Of a DNA stretch of 64,000 nucleotides, positions 9,035-18,293 are shown in pieces. Made by a program: the position numbers and the translations under genes. Every line of letters starts with the position of its first letter. Position 1 is the stretch's first letter. Origin of the DNA: a virus (lineage: Duplodnaviria; Heunggongvirae; Uroviricota; Caudoviricetes); IMG/VR virus record IMGVR_UViG_2814123389_000006, positions 1 through 64,000 of that record. The stretch is one strand, 5' to 3'. The notes below the pieces were generated by a model, which ran no database searches, was not told the origin of the DNA, and saw only the letters and a list, made by a program, of their open reading frames with translations.

Positions 9035-9973
9035 ATGATCACTATCAGCACCGGCAGCCTGGTTGGGCTGCTCTCCGACGCGATCCAAACCGCGGACCGC
9101 TCAGGCAAATTGGATATCGGCGTCCACCTGGCCACGCACCGGGACGAGTACGGCGACGAGCCCGGCCAGTACGACCTGCTGGCCGCCACGTCGACCGACC
9201 GGTTCGTCATTGGCCATGGCTTCGTTCCCGTCGAGGGGCAGTTGATGACCTCGGTGTGGCCGGTCGACCAGACCCAGATGGTCATCAAGGTCTGCGAGAA
9301 CCTGCTGAAGTCCCACGGCAAGGACCACACGGTCGACGTCGAGGTGGTGCAGATGCTGCCGTCCGGCGACGACGAGGAGCACCCGCGGTTCACCGTCACG
9401 CTGCGCGAGACGCCGGCGCTATTCGATGCCGAGACCGAGTACCAGTTCACCGCCAACAGCGAGTACGGGTTCCCGCTCAAGGCGGCGTGGAAGGCGCTGA
9501 ACGGCAAGAACTTCGATTCGAAGCACCGGGAGTCTGTGGAGACCATCTGGTCGCCTCGGGTGATGGCGGCGATCACGGCGGTCGCGAAGCGCAAGAAGGA
9601 ATCGATGTACTGGTACCGCCAGGAGGGGACGCTCATTCGGCGGGTCCAGATCGGCAACAACTGGATCGGTGCGGCGAACCCGATTAAGCAGGGTCTGGGC
9701 GAGGCGGGTGCTGCCCCCTCGATTGATCCTCTGCTCCCGCGGCCGGAGGGCGTTGTCGACGACCAACCGCTGAGCGGCGAGTTCGTCGACGACGGTCCGT
9801 TGGCGATCGACCATCCTCCGCTGGAGCTCGAAGCGGGCGACAGCAACATCATCGACGCCGAAGTCATCGAGGACGACGAGCCGGACGCCTCGGATCCCGA
9901 CTTCGAAGCTGACGACGAATTGGACGCGGATGCCGACGATTCCGATGCCGAGTCCGATGGTGGTGAAGAGTGA
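9035..9973 (+). CDS. Hypothetical protein with extremely acidic C-terminal tail
   Basis: C-terminal 40 aa are about 60% Asp/Glu (DAEVIEDDEPDASDPDFEADDELDADADDSDAESDGGEE). Confidence 0.45.
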   Translation: MITISTGSLVGLLSDAIQTADRSGKLDIGVHLATHRDEYGDEPGQYDLLAATSTDRFVIGHGFVPVEGQLMTSVWPVDQTQMVIKVCENLLKSHGKDHTVDVEVVQMLPSGDDEEHPRFTVTLRETPALFDAETEYQFTANSEYGFPLKAAWKALNGKNFDSKHRESVETIWSPRVMAAITAVAKRKKESMYWYRQEGTLIRRVQIGNNWIGAANPIKQGLGEAGAAPSIDPLLPRPEGVVDDQPLSGEFVDDGPLAIDHPPLELEAGDSNIIDAEVIEDDEPDASDPDFEADDELDADADDSDAESDGGEE

Positions 9974-10353
9974 CGCCGCACCGGTTTCCGCTGCGGGTGG
10001 TGCTGGCCGTGACTACCGGCACCAACCTCGCCACCTTGCCCGAAGTGCAGAGCTTGCTCTCGCACATGACTGGGACGCCGTTGGCTCCCAACCAGATCCC
10101 GCGCGCCGCGGACGTGTGCGGGAAGTATCTGCGTGACCAGTTCGGGTGGCTGGCCACGATGCTCCCCACCCAGGCTCAGTCCGATAACCCGGTGAAGCTG
10201 CGGAAGTGGCTGGGGGAGTGCGAGAAGGCTCGCGGTGCGGTCCTGAACATTCAGGTCCTCCCCGGCGGCGCGTATCACGCCATGGACCCGATCGTGGAGT
10301 TCTTCCAGTCGATGGAGTCGCAGGGCGCCGGGCTGGCGGGTAGCGATGCCTAG
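9970..10353 (+). CDS. Hypothetical protein
   Basis: GTGA-coupled. Positional coding. Confidence 0.4.
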   Translation: MTPHRFPLRVVLAVTTGTNLATLPEVQSLLSHMTGTPLAPNQIPRAADVCGKYLRDQFGWLATMLPTQAQSDNPVKLRKWLGECEKARGAVLNIQVLPGGAYHAMDPIVEFFQSMESQGAGLAGSDA

Positions 10354-10765
10354 CCGCCGCCCGGTCCCGGGCCAACTGCTGCTCACCACTGCGGAGTTCG
10401 CGGCAATGACGCAGGCCGTACTCGCCCGGGTCCGCCAGATCATCTCCCTCGGATCTGAGAGCGACATAGGGGAGCGCACCGTGCGCGCCCAGGTCGCGGC
10501 CGTCAACCAGGTTCGGCTGGGCACCCCGCCCGGCGAGATCAGGCGGTCCGACAACGGCAGCATCGCGCACCGCACCCAGACCTTGGCCGGCGATCTGGTC
10601 TGGGACATCACGTATCTCGCCGACGGCGACAGGCCGCTGACCGATGCCCAGTTGGCCGATCCCGCACCACCAAAAGGCGATGTCGGCATCGCGTCCTGGC
10701 GAACCATCCACCCCTCCACCTGGACCAACCGCGTCTGCGAGGACGACATGAAGGAGACCCCGTGA
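10346..10765 (+). CDS. Hypothetical protein
   Basis: Overlapping coupled ORF. Confidence 0.4.
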   Translation: MPSRRPVPGQLLLTTAEFAAMTQAVLARVRQIISLGSESDIGERTVRAQVAAVNQVRLGTPPGEIRRSDNGSIAHRTQTLAGDLVWDITYLADGDRPLTDAQLADPAPPKGDVGIASWRTIHPSTWTNRVCEDDMKETP

Positions 10766-11085
10766 CGGATCTATTCCCCGGCGAGACCGGCAACCGAGCC
10801 CACTACCGCGGCGACGTCGTGAATTCCGTGATGACGCAGTTGGAGCCGTTCGGCCCGGATAACTGCGGGCCCCGGGGGATGGGCGCGAAGTACTCACCGG
10901 TCAGCGCCACCTACGACCCCGAAACCGACCGCACCACCGTGCAGTTCCGGCCGATCCCGAAATCCGACCGACCCCGGGGGATGCCGCTACCCGAGGAGTT
11001 ACCTCCGCTGACCCGGCAACAACGCCGCCAGCTCACCCGAGAAATCCGCAAGTCCCGAGCCCACAAGGAGCACACCTCCAGATGA
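10762..11085 (+). CDS. Hypothetical protein
   Basis: GTGA-coupled start. Confidence 0.4.
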   Translation: MTDLFPGETGNRAHYRGDVVNSVMTQLEPFGPDNCGPRGMGAKYSPVSATYDPETDRTTVQFRPIPKSDRPRGMPLPEELPPLTRQQRRQLTREIRKSRAHKEHTSR

Positions 11086-11633
11086 GCAGCCTCAACGAAA
11101 TCCTCACTGAAGTCGAGGGCCTGGCCTCCCAGCTCGCCGGAGCCCTGGTGCGCTCCGGCGCGAGCGCCATCTACCCGCACGCCGACGACAACGGCAAGGC
11201 GATCCTGCGGTATCTCGGCCTCGGCCCGAAGGTCTCGGCCGGCCCCCTGGCACACATCGAGTTGCCGGTCGACGAAGGCCCCGCGCTGTCGGTGTGGTGC
11301 CACCGCAGCGACTTCGCCCCGCACTGGTACTGGGTGACGGGCTTCGCCGACCAGTACGGCCCCATGCCCGATTGCCCACTGGCCGATGCCGACCACTCGC
11401 CGTACGCCGAGCCGGAGCCAGTGTCGCTGACGAATCTGGGGTCTCTGCCTGAAGAGATCGATCTCGCCTTGTGGAGGTCCGTCGGATGCGGTGTTTGCGG
11501 CCGCCGCCTCACGGTGGCGAAGGCCGACACGAAGTGGCTGTGCCAGACGTGTGCGGCTGGAAACGGCTGGGACGGCTGCACCCCCACGGTCACAGTCCCG
11601 ACGACGTTCAACGTGTTCGGGGCGTCCCGATGA
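11082..11633 (+). CDS. Hypothetical protein with C-terminal zinc ribbon
   Basis: CGVCGRRL...CQTCAAGNGWDGC near the C-terminus. Confidence 0.45.
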   Translation: MSSLNEILTEVEGLASQLAGALVRSGASAIYPHADDNGKAILRYLGLGPKVSAGPLAHIELPVDEGPALSVWCHRSDFAPHWYWVTGFADQYGPMPDCPLADADHSPYAEPEPVSLTNLGSLPEEIDLALWRSVGCGVCGRRLTVAKADTKWLCQTCAAGNGWDGCTPTVTVPTTFNVFGASR

Positions 11634-11905
11634 GCGCCGGCGTGGAGATGATGACGGCCGAGTACCTGATGGAGATCGCCCGCGACGGCGACGGGATCGG
11701 GTGGTCGAACGAGCTGCGCCGCATCTGGAGCGAGGATCGCGACAAGACCCTCGCACTGATGGATCGGGTGATGGCCGAGGGGTTCCTGGCGCCGGTCGAG
11801 ATTGGCGACGACGGTCGGCTGTGGAATGGCCACCACCGAGTGGCGGTCGCTGCCGCGCTCGGCATCATGCTCCCGGTCGCACGCGTGGGGGCATCGAATG
11901 GCTGA
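11630..11905 (+). CDS. ParB-like nuclease domain protein
   Basis: ATG 11630 overlaps upstream stop. Motif DGRLWNGHHRVAVAAALGI resembles the ParB/Srx N-domain GxHR signature. Confidence 0.5.
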   Translation: MSAGVEMMTAEYLMEIARDGDGIGWSNELRRIWSEDRDKTLALMDRVMAEGFLAPVEIGDDGRLWNGHHRVAVAAALGIMLPVARVGASNG

Positions 11906-12221
11906 GACCAGCCCGGCGCCAGCGCAATTGAAGATGGCCGCCGACATTCTGCAGGCAGCCAACGAGAGCGAAAGCATCGCGCCGAATTCACCATGGACAC
12001 CTGATCAGCTCCGGGTCCGCGCTGACCACTTGTCCGAGATGCAGCGCGAGCGCGAACTGTTGGCTGATCGGTTGGCGATCGAGATGCATGATGCCTGGCA
12101 GGGTTTCGCTCGCAGAACTGCTGGCGCACCGTTCGGCACGATGCCGCAGGGCGCCCGGGAGGCGTATCTGGGCGTAGCCGATGCACTGGTGTCGGCCGGG
12201 TGGAAGAAGGTCGCGCGGTGA
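11898..12221 (+). CDS. Hypothetical protein
   Basis: ATG 11898, in frame with track ORF 11802..12221. Confidence 0.4.
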   Translation: MAETSPAPAQLKMAADILQAANESESIAPNSPWTPDQLRVRADHLSEMQRERELLADRLAIEMHDAWQGFARRTAGAPFGTMPQGAREAYLGVADALVSAGWKKVAR

Positions 12222-12742
12222 CCGCGCCGGCAGAGCGAGACGTCGTCGCGTGGGCCACCGAAGCGCTGGACGGCATCATCCCGGGCCCGTGGTGGTGGGG
12301 TGGGAACACCGACAACGAGGGCGATGTGACGTTGCGGTGCACCGTTCCGGGCGTCGGCTGGGTTGACATCATGCGGACCTGCCGTGAAGAGCTCGACGAG
12401 GAAGAACTCGGCGCGCTGTTCGACAAGGCCGACCGCGAGTCCGGGCTGGGTGCCTTCATTGACCGGGACGACTACATCGAAGCTCGGCGTGATCACCCAC
12501 GGCATTGGTTGTCGTTCGTCCATCCCGAGCACTACTTCGTGCAGTTCGGCCGGGATCTGGCCGTCTATGAGGTGGCTCGTCGCCAGGGCTTACCGGATGA
12601 CACCCCGCGCGACCACCCCAAGGTGTACCGCGCGGACGTGGTAGCGATCCGCAACCGGCACGCCCAGTTCCTCGCTGATGCCCCGACTCTCGTGGCTGGG
12701 CTGCTCGCCGAGGTGCAACGGCTCCGGGCGGGGATCCAATGA
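12218..12742 (+). CDS. Hypothetical protein
   Basis: GTG 12218 overlaps upstream stop (GTGA). In frame with track ORF 12200..12742. Confidence 0.4.
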   Translation: MTAPAERDVVAWATEALDGIIPGPWWWGGNTDNEGDVTLRCTVPGVGWVDIMRTCREELDEEELGALFDKADRESGLGAFIDRDDYIEARRDHPRHWLSFVHPEHYFVQFGRDLAVYEVARRQGLPDDTPRDHPKVYRADVVAIRNRHAQFLADAPTLVAGLLAEVQRLRAGIQ

Positions 12743-13305
12743 CCGGCTTTCATCCCATCGGAGCCATGTCGGAAGAACCGCAGATAGACCGGAGGGTCGT
12801 GCTGTTCGGTGCGGACAACCGCCCGGTCCTCAACGCGGTTGCAGCAGTGAAGGCGCCGCGGTCGTCGCAGATCGTGACCGAGTGCCAGAACTGCCCCGCG
12901 ACGTACGACCCGAAGTTCGGCCGGACGCTCAAGCGCGAGTGGGTGTGGACCGACGAGCACGAGGCAGCCGAATTCGCGCTCTGGCACATGCGGGACTTCG
13001 GGCACGACGTGAAGATCCTGCACCGCCACGAGTTCACGTTCAGCCTGTTCGATCATGGCCCGGTTTGGTCCGCGCTGTTCGGTCCTGCGGCAGCAGCTTT
13101 CGTGCCCGACGAGTGGGCCGAGCTCGCTCGCTTGGGTGATTGCGGCGACGTCGAGCGGTCGTACGAGCCGATCGGCGAGGCTCCGGGTCGGCACAGGTTC
13201 GACGAGCGGCGGTGCCGGCGCACCAACGTCCTGCTGCGGTGGACCGACCGCGCTGGCCACGAGCACGGCTACGAGGGCAGCTACTGGCGACGGTGGCTGC
13301 CATGA
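12739..13305 (+). CDS. Hypothetical protein
   Basis: ATGA-coupled. CQNC motif. Confidence 0.45.
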   Translation: MTGFHPIGAMSEEPQIDRRVVLFGADNRPVLNAVAAVKAPRSSQIVTECQNCPATYDPKFGRTLKREWVWTDEHEAAEFALWHMRDFGHDVKILHRHEFTFSLFDHGPVWSALFGPAAAAFVPDEWAELARLGDCGDVERSYEPIGEAPGRHRFDERRCRRTNVLLRWTDRAGHEHGYEGSYWRRWLP

Positions 13306-15224
13306 GTGCAATCGCTGCTGTCGCCGAGCACCGGCCCGCCGTCCAGCCGCGTCGGTTCCGGCACGATTCGCTGATCGCTGTTGACCTGTTCTCCGGGTTC
13401 GGCGGACTCACCACCGGCATCAAACGCGCCGGATTCGAGACGATCATGGCGGCCAACCACAACCGCTACAAAGTCGAGGTCCACGAGGCCAACCACCCCG
13501 AGGCCGAGCACTGGATCGCCGATCTCGTCGACCCCGAGGCTGCGGACTATCACTCAGCGCGGGATCTGCCGCCCGCCGATTTGCTGTGCGCCGGCGTCAG
13601 CTGTGTCAACCATTCGCAGGCCAACACGAAAAAGGCGTACGCCCAGGGACTCTCGCTGTTCGATCTGGACGACCCCGAATTCGACGACAGGGTGACGCGG
13701 TCCGAACGGGATCGCGCGACCGCCAACTGCGTACTGCACTACGCCGCGCAGCACCACCCGCGACTGGTCCTCGTCGAGTGCACCACCGAGCTCAGCTCGT
13801 GGGGCCCGGCGCTGCCCGGCAAGTCGAAGGTCGGCGACGGCTCGACCTACCGGTGGTGGCTCAACCAGTTCGAGAAGCTGGGCTACAAATACCGTGTCCT
13901 GTACCTGAACTCGATGTTCTTCGGGGTGCCGCAGTCCCGCGATCGGCTGTACATCGCGTTCTGGGACAGGCGGATTCCGACGCCGGATCTGGACCACCGG
14001 CCGCCGTCGTGGTGCGGTCTGTGCGACAAGGTCGTCGAGGCGGTATGGACGTGGAAGACCGGGGTGCCGCCGACAGGCTCGGTGCGCTACGGCAAGCAGT
14101 ACGAGTACCGCTGCCCGTCGTGCCGCGGCGTCGTCGTGCCGCCGATGACACCGTCGCTGGCGGCGCTGGACCTGTCCAATCTGGGCACCCGCATCGGGGA
14201 TCGTGAGAAGCCGCTGGCCCCGGCGACCATGGCCCGCGCCGAGCGGTGCCGCCAGCGGTTCGCCGAATTCCCGGCCGTGCTGATGCCGGCCAAGGCTGCG
14301 CGCGGATCGGAACGTCACCTCGGCCAGCCGTTGGCGACGCAGACCTCCCAGCAGGAGACCGCGCTCCTGTCCACCGGGCAGGTGATGGCCGCGCACCGTC
14401 ACAACGGCGACGGCAAGCACATCACCCAGCCGATGGACACCATCACCAGTACCCACGAGAAGGCGGTACTGCTGGCGGTCAACAACTTCCAGGGCGCACC
14501 GCGTGGTGTCGACGAGGCGCTGCCTACGCAGGGTGGTTCGGAGACGCTGTCGCTGCTTTCGGCGCGTGTGATGCCCAACCGGACGAACGCCACCAGCAGG
14601 TCGGTCGGTGAGCCGATGGAGACCATCGTTGGCGGTGCTGGCTCAGGCGGACTCGGCGTGCTGTCCTCCGGCGTGATCCCGTATCGGAAGAACACCACGC
14701 CGTCCACCCACCACGAGCCGATGCCGACCGTGACGGCCGAGCAGATCCCTGGACTGCTCACCGCGGCCGGGACGGTCCAATACAACCAGGGTGTTGACCG
14801 CCGCGTCGCGGGTGTGGACCGGCCGCTTAAGACGATCGTCGCCGACAACCACATGGGCCTGCTGTTCTCCGGGTGGTTTAAGCAGAACGGCACGGCGCCG
14901 GGCCAGTTCCCGGCTCCGCATCCGCTGAGCGATCCGCTCGGTGCGATGACGTCGCTGGCCACCACGGGGCTGCTGACGGCCGAGTGGCGGGCGATGCTCG
15001 AAGAACTGACGCTCGAGGACTGCTACTTCCGCATGATGGCCGCCCACGAGATCGGTCGCGGCTGCGGATTCGACGTGGACTTCGCCGACTACAAGGGCAG
15101 TTTCGTGGTTTGGGGAAGCGCTCGGAATCAGGTCGACGGCTACGGCAACGCAGTCAGTCCGCCGGTCGGTGAGTGGATCAGTGCGCGGCTGCGTGCTGCT
15201 CTGCACGGCGAGGTAGTAGCGTGA
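13302..15224 (+). CDS. DNA (cytosine-5)-methyltransferase
   Basis: ATG 13302 overlaps upstream stop, in frame with track ORF 13140..15224. Motif I DLFSGFGGLT. Catalytic-Cys region GVSCVNHS (variant of PCQ). Motif VIII VPQSRDRLYIAF. Confidence 0.75.
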   Translation: MSAIAAVAEHRPAVQPRRFRHDSLIAVDLFSGFGGLTTGIKRAGFETIMAANHNRYKVEVHEANHPEAEHWIADLVDPEAADYHSARDLPPADLLCAGVSCVNHSQANTKKAYAQGLSLFDLDDPEFDDRVTRSERDRATANCVLHYAAQHHPRLVLVECTTELSSWGPALPGKSKVGDGSTYRWWLNQFEKLGYKYRVLYLNSMFFGVPQSRDRLYIAFWDRRIPTPDLDHRPPSWCGLCDKVVEAVWTWKTGVPPTGSVRYGKQYEYRCPSCRGVVVPPMTPSLAALDLSNLGTRIGDREKPLAPATMARAERCRQRFAEFPAVLMPAKAARGSERHLGQPLATQTSQQETALLSTGQVMAAHRHNGDGKHITQPMDTITSTHEKAVLLAVNNFQGAPRGVDEALPTQGGSETLSLLSARVMPNRTNATSRSVGEPMETIVGGAGSGGLGVLSSGVIPYRKNTTPSTHHEPMPTVTAEQIPGLLTAAGTVQYNQGVDRRVAGVDRPLKTIVADNHMGLLFSGWFKQNGTAPGQFPAPHPLSDPLGAMTSLATTGLLTAEWRAMLEELTLEDCYFRMMAAHEIGRGCGFDVDFADYKGSFVVWGSARNQVDGYGNAVSPPVGEWISARLRAALHGEVVA

Positions 15225-15331
15225 CCGCCCGCATCGTGCGCGTGTTCGGGCCGGACGTGCGTTACCACTTGGCCCTGTTGCACTTGTGGCAGTTGGCGTT
15301 GTCCTGCTTCTGGTTTGGCGGTGCGATGTGA
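15221..15331 (+). CDS. Possible small hydrophobic peptide (36 aa)
   Basis: GTGA-coupled to the MTase stop and ATGTGA-coupled to the next gene. Sequence VTARIVRVFGPDVRYHLALLHLWQLALSCFWFGGAM. Below track length cut-off. Confidence 0.2.
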   Translation: MTARIVRVFGPDVRYHLALLHLWQLALSCFWFGGAM

Positions 15332-16176
15332 GCGCACCTCCGATGGCCTACTACGGCGGCAAGACGCGGGTGGCCGAGAAGATCGCGGCGTTGCTCCCAG
15401 CCCACGAGCACTACATTGAGCCGTTCGCCGGCAGCCTCGGTGTGCTGCTCGCGAAGCGGCCCAGCCGGATGGAAACCGTCAACGACCTCGACGGCCTGCT
15501 GATGACGTTCTGGCGAGTACTTCGCGAGCGACCCGCTGAGCTGGCCCGCGCGTGCGCCCTCACCCCGCATTCACGCTCGGAGTACTTGGCTGCCCGCGAG
15601 GCCGACCTTGACTCTGCGGACGACGTCGAGCGTGCCCGCCTGATCTGGGTGCAGATCGCCCAGGGCCGTGGCGGCACGCTACGGAAGACCGGGTGGCGCT
15701 GCTACGTCGACCCGGCGGGGTGCTCGTCGGGCATGCCGCAGTACCTCGCTGGCTACGTCGATCGCATGGCCGCCTGCGCCGAGCGCCTGCACCACGTCAG
15801 CCTCGAATGCCGTCCGGCGCTCGAGATCATCCAGCAATACGGGGCATTTCCCTCCTGCTGCCTGTACGTCGACCCGCCCTATCTCGGCAGCAGCCGGACC
15901 GGTGGCGGCGGCACGTACCGGCTCGAAATGCGTTCCGACAGTGAGCACGAGGAACTGCTCGAGGCGCTGCTGAACTGCCGGGCATCGGTGGTCCTGTCCG
16001 CGTACCACTCGGAGCTCTACGACCGTCTGCTGGGCGATTGGGCACGGGTGGAGATCCCGACCATGACCGGGCAGGCCAAGACGAGCCATGCGCGGACGGA
16101 GGTCGTCTGGTCCAACCGGCCGCTGACTGCGCAGCGATCGCTGTTCGATATCCGACCGAACTGGGGGCCGCGATGA
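15328..16176 (+). CDS. DNA N6-adenine methyltransferase (Dam-like, D12 class)
   Basis: Motifs MAYYGGK and DPPY (YVDPPYLGSS). Start GTG 15328 or ATG 15343. Confidence 0.75.
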   Translation: MSAPPMAYYGGKTRVAEKIAALLPAHEHYIEPFAGSLGVLLAKRPSRMETVNDLDGLLMTFWRVLRERPAELARACALTPHSRSEYLAAREADLDSADDVERARLIWVQIAQGRGGTLRKTGWRCYVDPAGCSSGMPQYLAGYVDRMAACAERLHHVSLECRPALEIIQQYGAFPSCCLYVDPPYLGSSRTGGGGTYRLEMRSDSEHEELLEALLNCRASVVLSAYHSELYDRLLGDWARVEIPTMTGQAKTSHARTEVVWSNRPLTAQRSLFDIRPNWGPR

Positions 16177-17264
16177 GCGCCAACACGAAGATCGAGTGGA
16201 CCGAGGCGACATGGTCGCCCGTCACGGGTTGCACCCGGGTCTCCGACGGTTGTCTGAACTGCTACATAGAGCGGACGCCTCCGTTCCGCATGTCGCACAG
16301 GCGATTCGACCGCGACGGGATCGGCGGCACGACCGGCGTGCTGCTGCACCCGGGGCGGTTGGGCATCCCGCTGAAGTGGCGGAAGCCCAAGCGGATCTTT
16401 GTCTGCTCAATGGCCGATCTGTTCCACGCCGAGGTCCCCGATGAGTTCATCGCCCGGGTCTGGCACGTGATGCGGATGGCGCCGGATCACACGTTCCAGG
16501 TGCTGACGAAACGTCACGATCGCATGCGGTCGCTGCTCAACTCGGTCGACTTCCGGGAGTTGGTGTTCGGCCTCGGTGGCGTCGGTCGCGGGCAGGCCAA
16601 CGGGCACCTCGAGCACTATCGGCAGTGGCCCGTGCCGAACGTATGGCTGGGCGTGAGCACCGAGAATCAGCAGTGGGCCAACATCCGCATTCCCGTCCTA
16701 CTCGACACCCCGGCCGCTGTGCGATTCATCAGTGCTGAGCCGCTTCTCGGACCGATCGACCTGATAGGTCAGGGCGGCAACATGGTGGGTGCTGGCATGT
16801 ACGCGCTGCCGGATCCGCCGGAGTACGACGGCGGAGAGCCTGTCTGTCAGGACCACGGCGTGGCGCAGTGCCAGCAAGGTTGCACATTCCTCGATTGGGT
16901 CATCGTCGGCGGTGAGTCCGGGCCTGGCGCCCGGCCGATGCACCCCGCCTGGGCGCGGGATATCCAACGGCAGTGCGCCGCAGCCGATGTCCCGTTCCTG
17001 TTCAAGCAGTGGGGCGACTGGACGCCACTAGCGCCGCTCGTGGACGGCAAGTTCGACTTCACCCGCGGTATCACGATGACCGACGACGGGATCACCTACA
17101 ACCGGGGCGATCTCGACTACCCCGACGGCCCACGCCGCGGCGAGGCCATGCGCGCCGACTTCCCACACCATCACCCGACGTCGATGTACCGGGTCGGCAA
17201 GGGGCGGGCCGGTCGTGAGCTTTACCACGACGGCCGGACCTGGGATGAGTACCCCGGTGGTTGA
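16173..17264 (+). CDS. Phage Gp37/Gp68-family protein (DUF5131)
   Basis: Hallmark N-terminus TKIEWTEATWSPVTGCTRVSDGCLNCY. ATGA overlap with Dam. In frame with track ORF 16038..17264. Confidence 0.7.
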   Translation: MSANTKIEWTEATWSPVTGCTRVSDGCLNCYIERTPPFRMSHRRFDRDGIGGTTGVLLHPGRLGIPLKWRKPKRIFVCSMADLFHAEVPDEFIARVWHVMRMAPDHTFQVLTKRHDRMRSLLNSVDFRELVFGLGGVGRGQANGHLEHYRQWPVPNVWLGVSTENQQWANIRIPVLLDTPAAVRFISAEPLLGPIDLIGQGGNMVGAGMYALPDPPEYDGGEPVCQDHGVAQCQQGCTFLDWVIVGGESGPGARPMHPAWARDIQRQCAAADVPFLFKQWGDWTPLAPLVDGKFDFTRGITMTDDGITYNRGDLDYPDGPRRGEAMRADFPHHHPTSMYRVGKGRAGRELYHDGRTWDEYPGG

Positions 17265-17412
17265 GCCGAGCACCCCGGAGCAGAAGGACCGGTACCTCGC
17301 GGAGCCGCGGCAGTGCATCGACTGCGGTGGTCGCCCGTCGGCTGCCCGGCCCCGCTGCGATGGCTGCCACGAGGTCCTGCTGGAGCGCCGTGCCAACGGC
17401 GAGAACGTCTAA
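17245..17412 (+). CDS. Small zinc-ribbon protein
   Basis: CIDCGG...CDGC. Overlaps the 3' end of gp37. Start ambiguous (track ORF from 17215). Confidence 0.3.
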   Translation: MSTPVVEPSTPEQKDRYLAEPRQCIDCGGRPSAARPRCDGCHEVLLERRANGENV

Positions 17413-17442
17413 ACCGCACAACGAGATTGGAGAACCCTGAAG

Positions 17443-17733
17443 GTGAGAATCAACGTCTACAGCCAAGAGCTATTTCCCCAACGAGGGCCGCACGTCGAAC
17501 TGCTGACACAACGGGCAGACGACACAGTCGATGGGGTTCCGGTCAACTACAGCGCCGTCCGCCTGTATCTGGAAAGCCCTGAGCGACTTCACTACGCGCC
17601 CGGCGACGACGACCGAAGCGCCGTGACGTTCTGGCTGCCGAAGTCATCCAACCGACGCGAGCAACTGGCGCTGACATTCGAGATGATGGCGCGGCGCGTG
17701 CGTGAAGCTCCGGCTGAGACGGGGCTCGACTGA
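17443..17733 (+). CDS. Hypothetical protein
   Basis: RBS GGAGAACCC precedes GTG 17443. Confidence 0.4.
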   Translation: MRINVYSQELFPQRGPHVELLTQRADDTVDGVPVNYSAVRLYLESPERLHYAPGDDDRSAVTFWLPKSSNRREQLALTFEMMARRVREAPAETGLD

Positions 17734-18293
17734 TGAGCGGGCCATCGAACGATCGTTGGCTGCGGAAGTGGCTGCGCCTTGAGCCGCACATCTACATCGG
17801 GGGCAAGGACGACCCGTATCTGCTGCGCTGGTATCTGTTGCCGCGCAACCGGTTCCTGAACCTGTACGTGCACAAGTTCGTCCGCTCCGACGTCGACACC
17901 TTGCACGATCACCCCTGGGGGTTCGTGAGCCTGATCCTGCGGGGCGAGTACACCGAGGTCACCCCGCAGGGCCACAACCGCCGGCGCGCGGGCTCACTCG
18001 CGTTCCGGGACGCGAAGTTCCGCCACCACGTCGTGCTGCTCCCCGAGTTGCAGGAGACTGCCCGGCTGGAACCGACCGGGCCGGACCGGCCGCTGGTCCG
18101 GTTCTGGCACACGCACGAACGGCCGTGCTGGACGCTCATCGCGACGGGCCCGGTCACCCGCGTCTGGGGCTTCTGGTGCCCGACGCCGCGCGACTCCATC
18201 AACTCGGCGCTCGGCGACATTGGCGTGCCGGAGCCCGCGATGCGGTTCGTGCCGCATCACGAGTTCGCCGACGCAGGGTGCGGTGAAGCATGA
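17733..18293 (+). CDS. Hypothetical protein
   Basis: TGATG coupling. Confidence 0.45.
   Translation: MSGPSNDRWLRKWLRLEPHIYIGGKDDPYLLRWYLLPRNRFLNLYVHKFVRSDVDTLHDHPWGFVSLILRGEYTEVTPQGHNRRRAGSLAFRDAKFRHHVVLLPELQETARLEPTGPDRPLVRFWHTHERPCWTLIATGPVTRVWGFWCPTPRDSINSALGDIGVPEPAMRFVPHHEFADAGCGEA

Noticed and set aside
8770-10749. 659-aa minus-strand ORF, and similar long antisense ORFs (1647-2654, 2032-3000, 36813-38558, 54862-56325, 57891-59126, 10013-10897)
   Set aside because: These are high-GC antisense frames overlapping well-supported + strand genes. Their compositions are Arg/Ala/Gly-rich and low-complexity, typical of spurious ORFs in about 66% GC DNA.
13140-15224. 694-aa form of the C5-MTase ORF, and other long N-terminal extensions (16038, 21557, 22746, 31830)
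   Set aside because: Extensions overlap upstream genes and are Arg-rich low-complexity. Coupled ATG/GTG starts at the upstream stop codons fit better.
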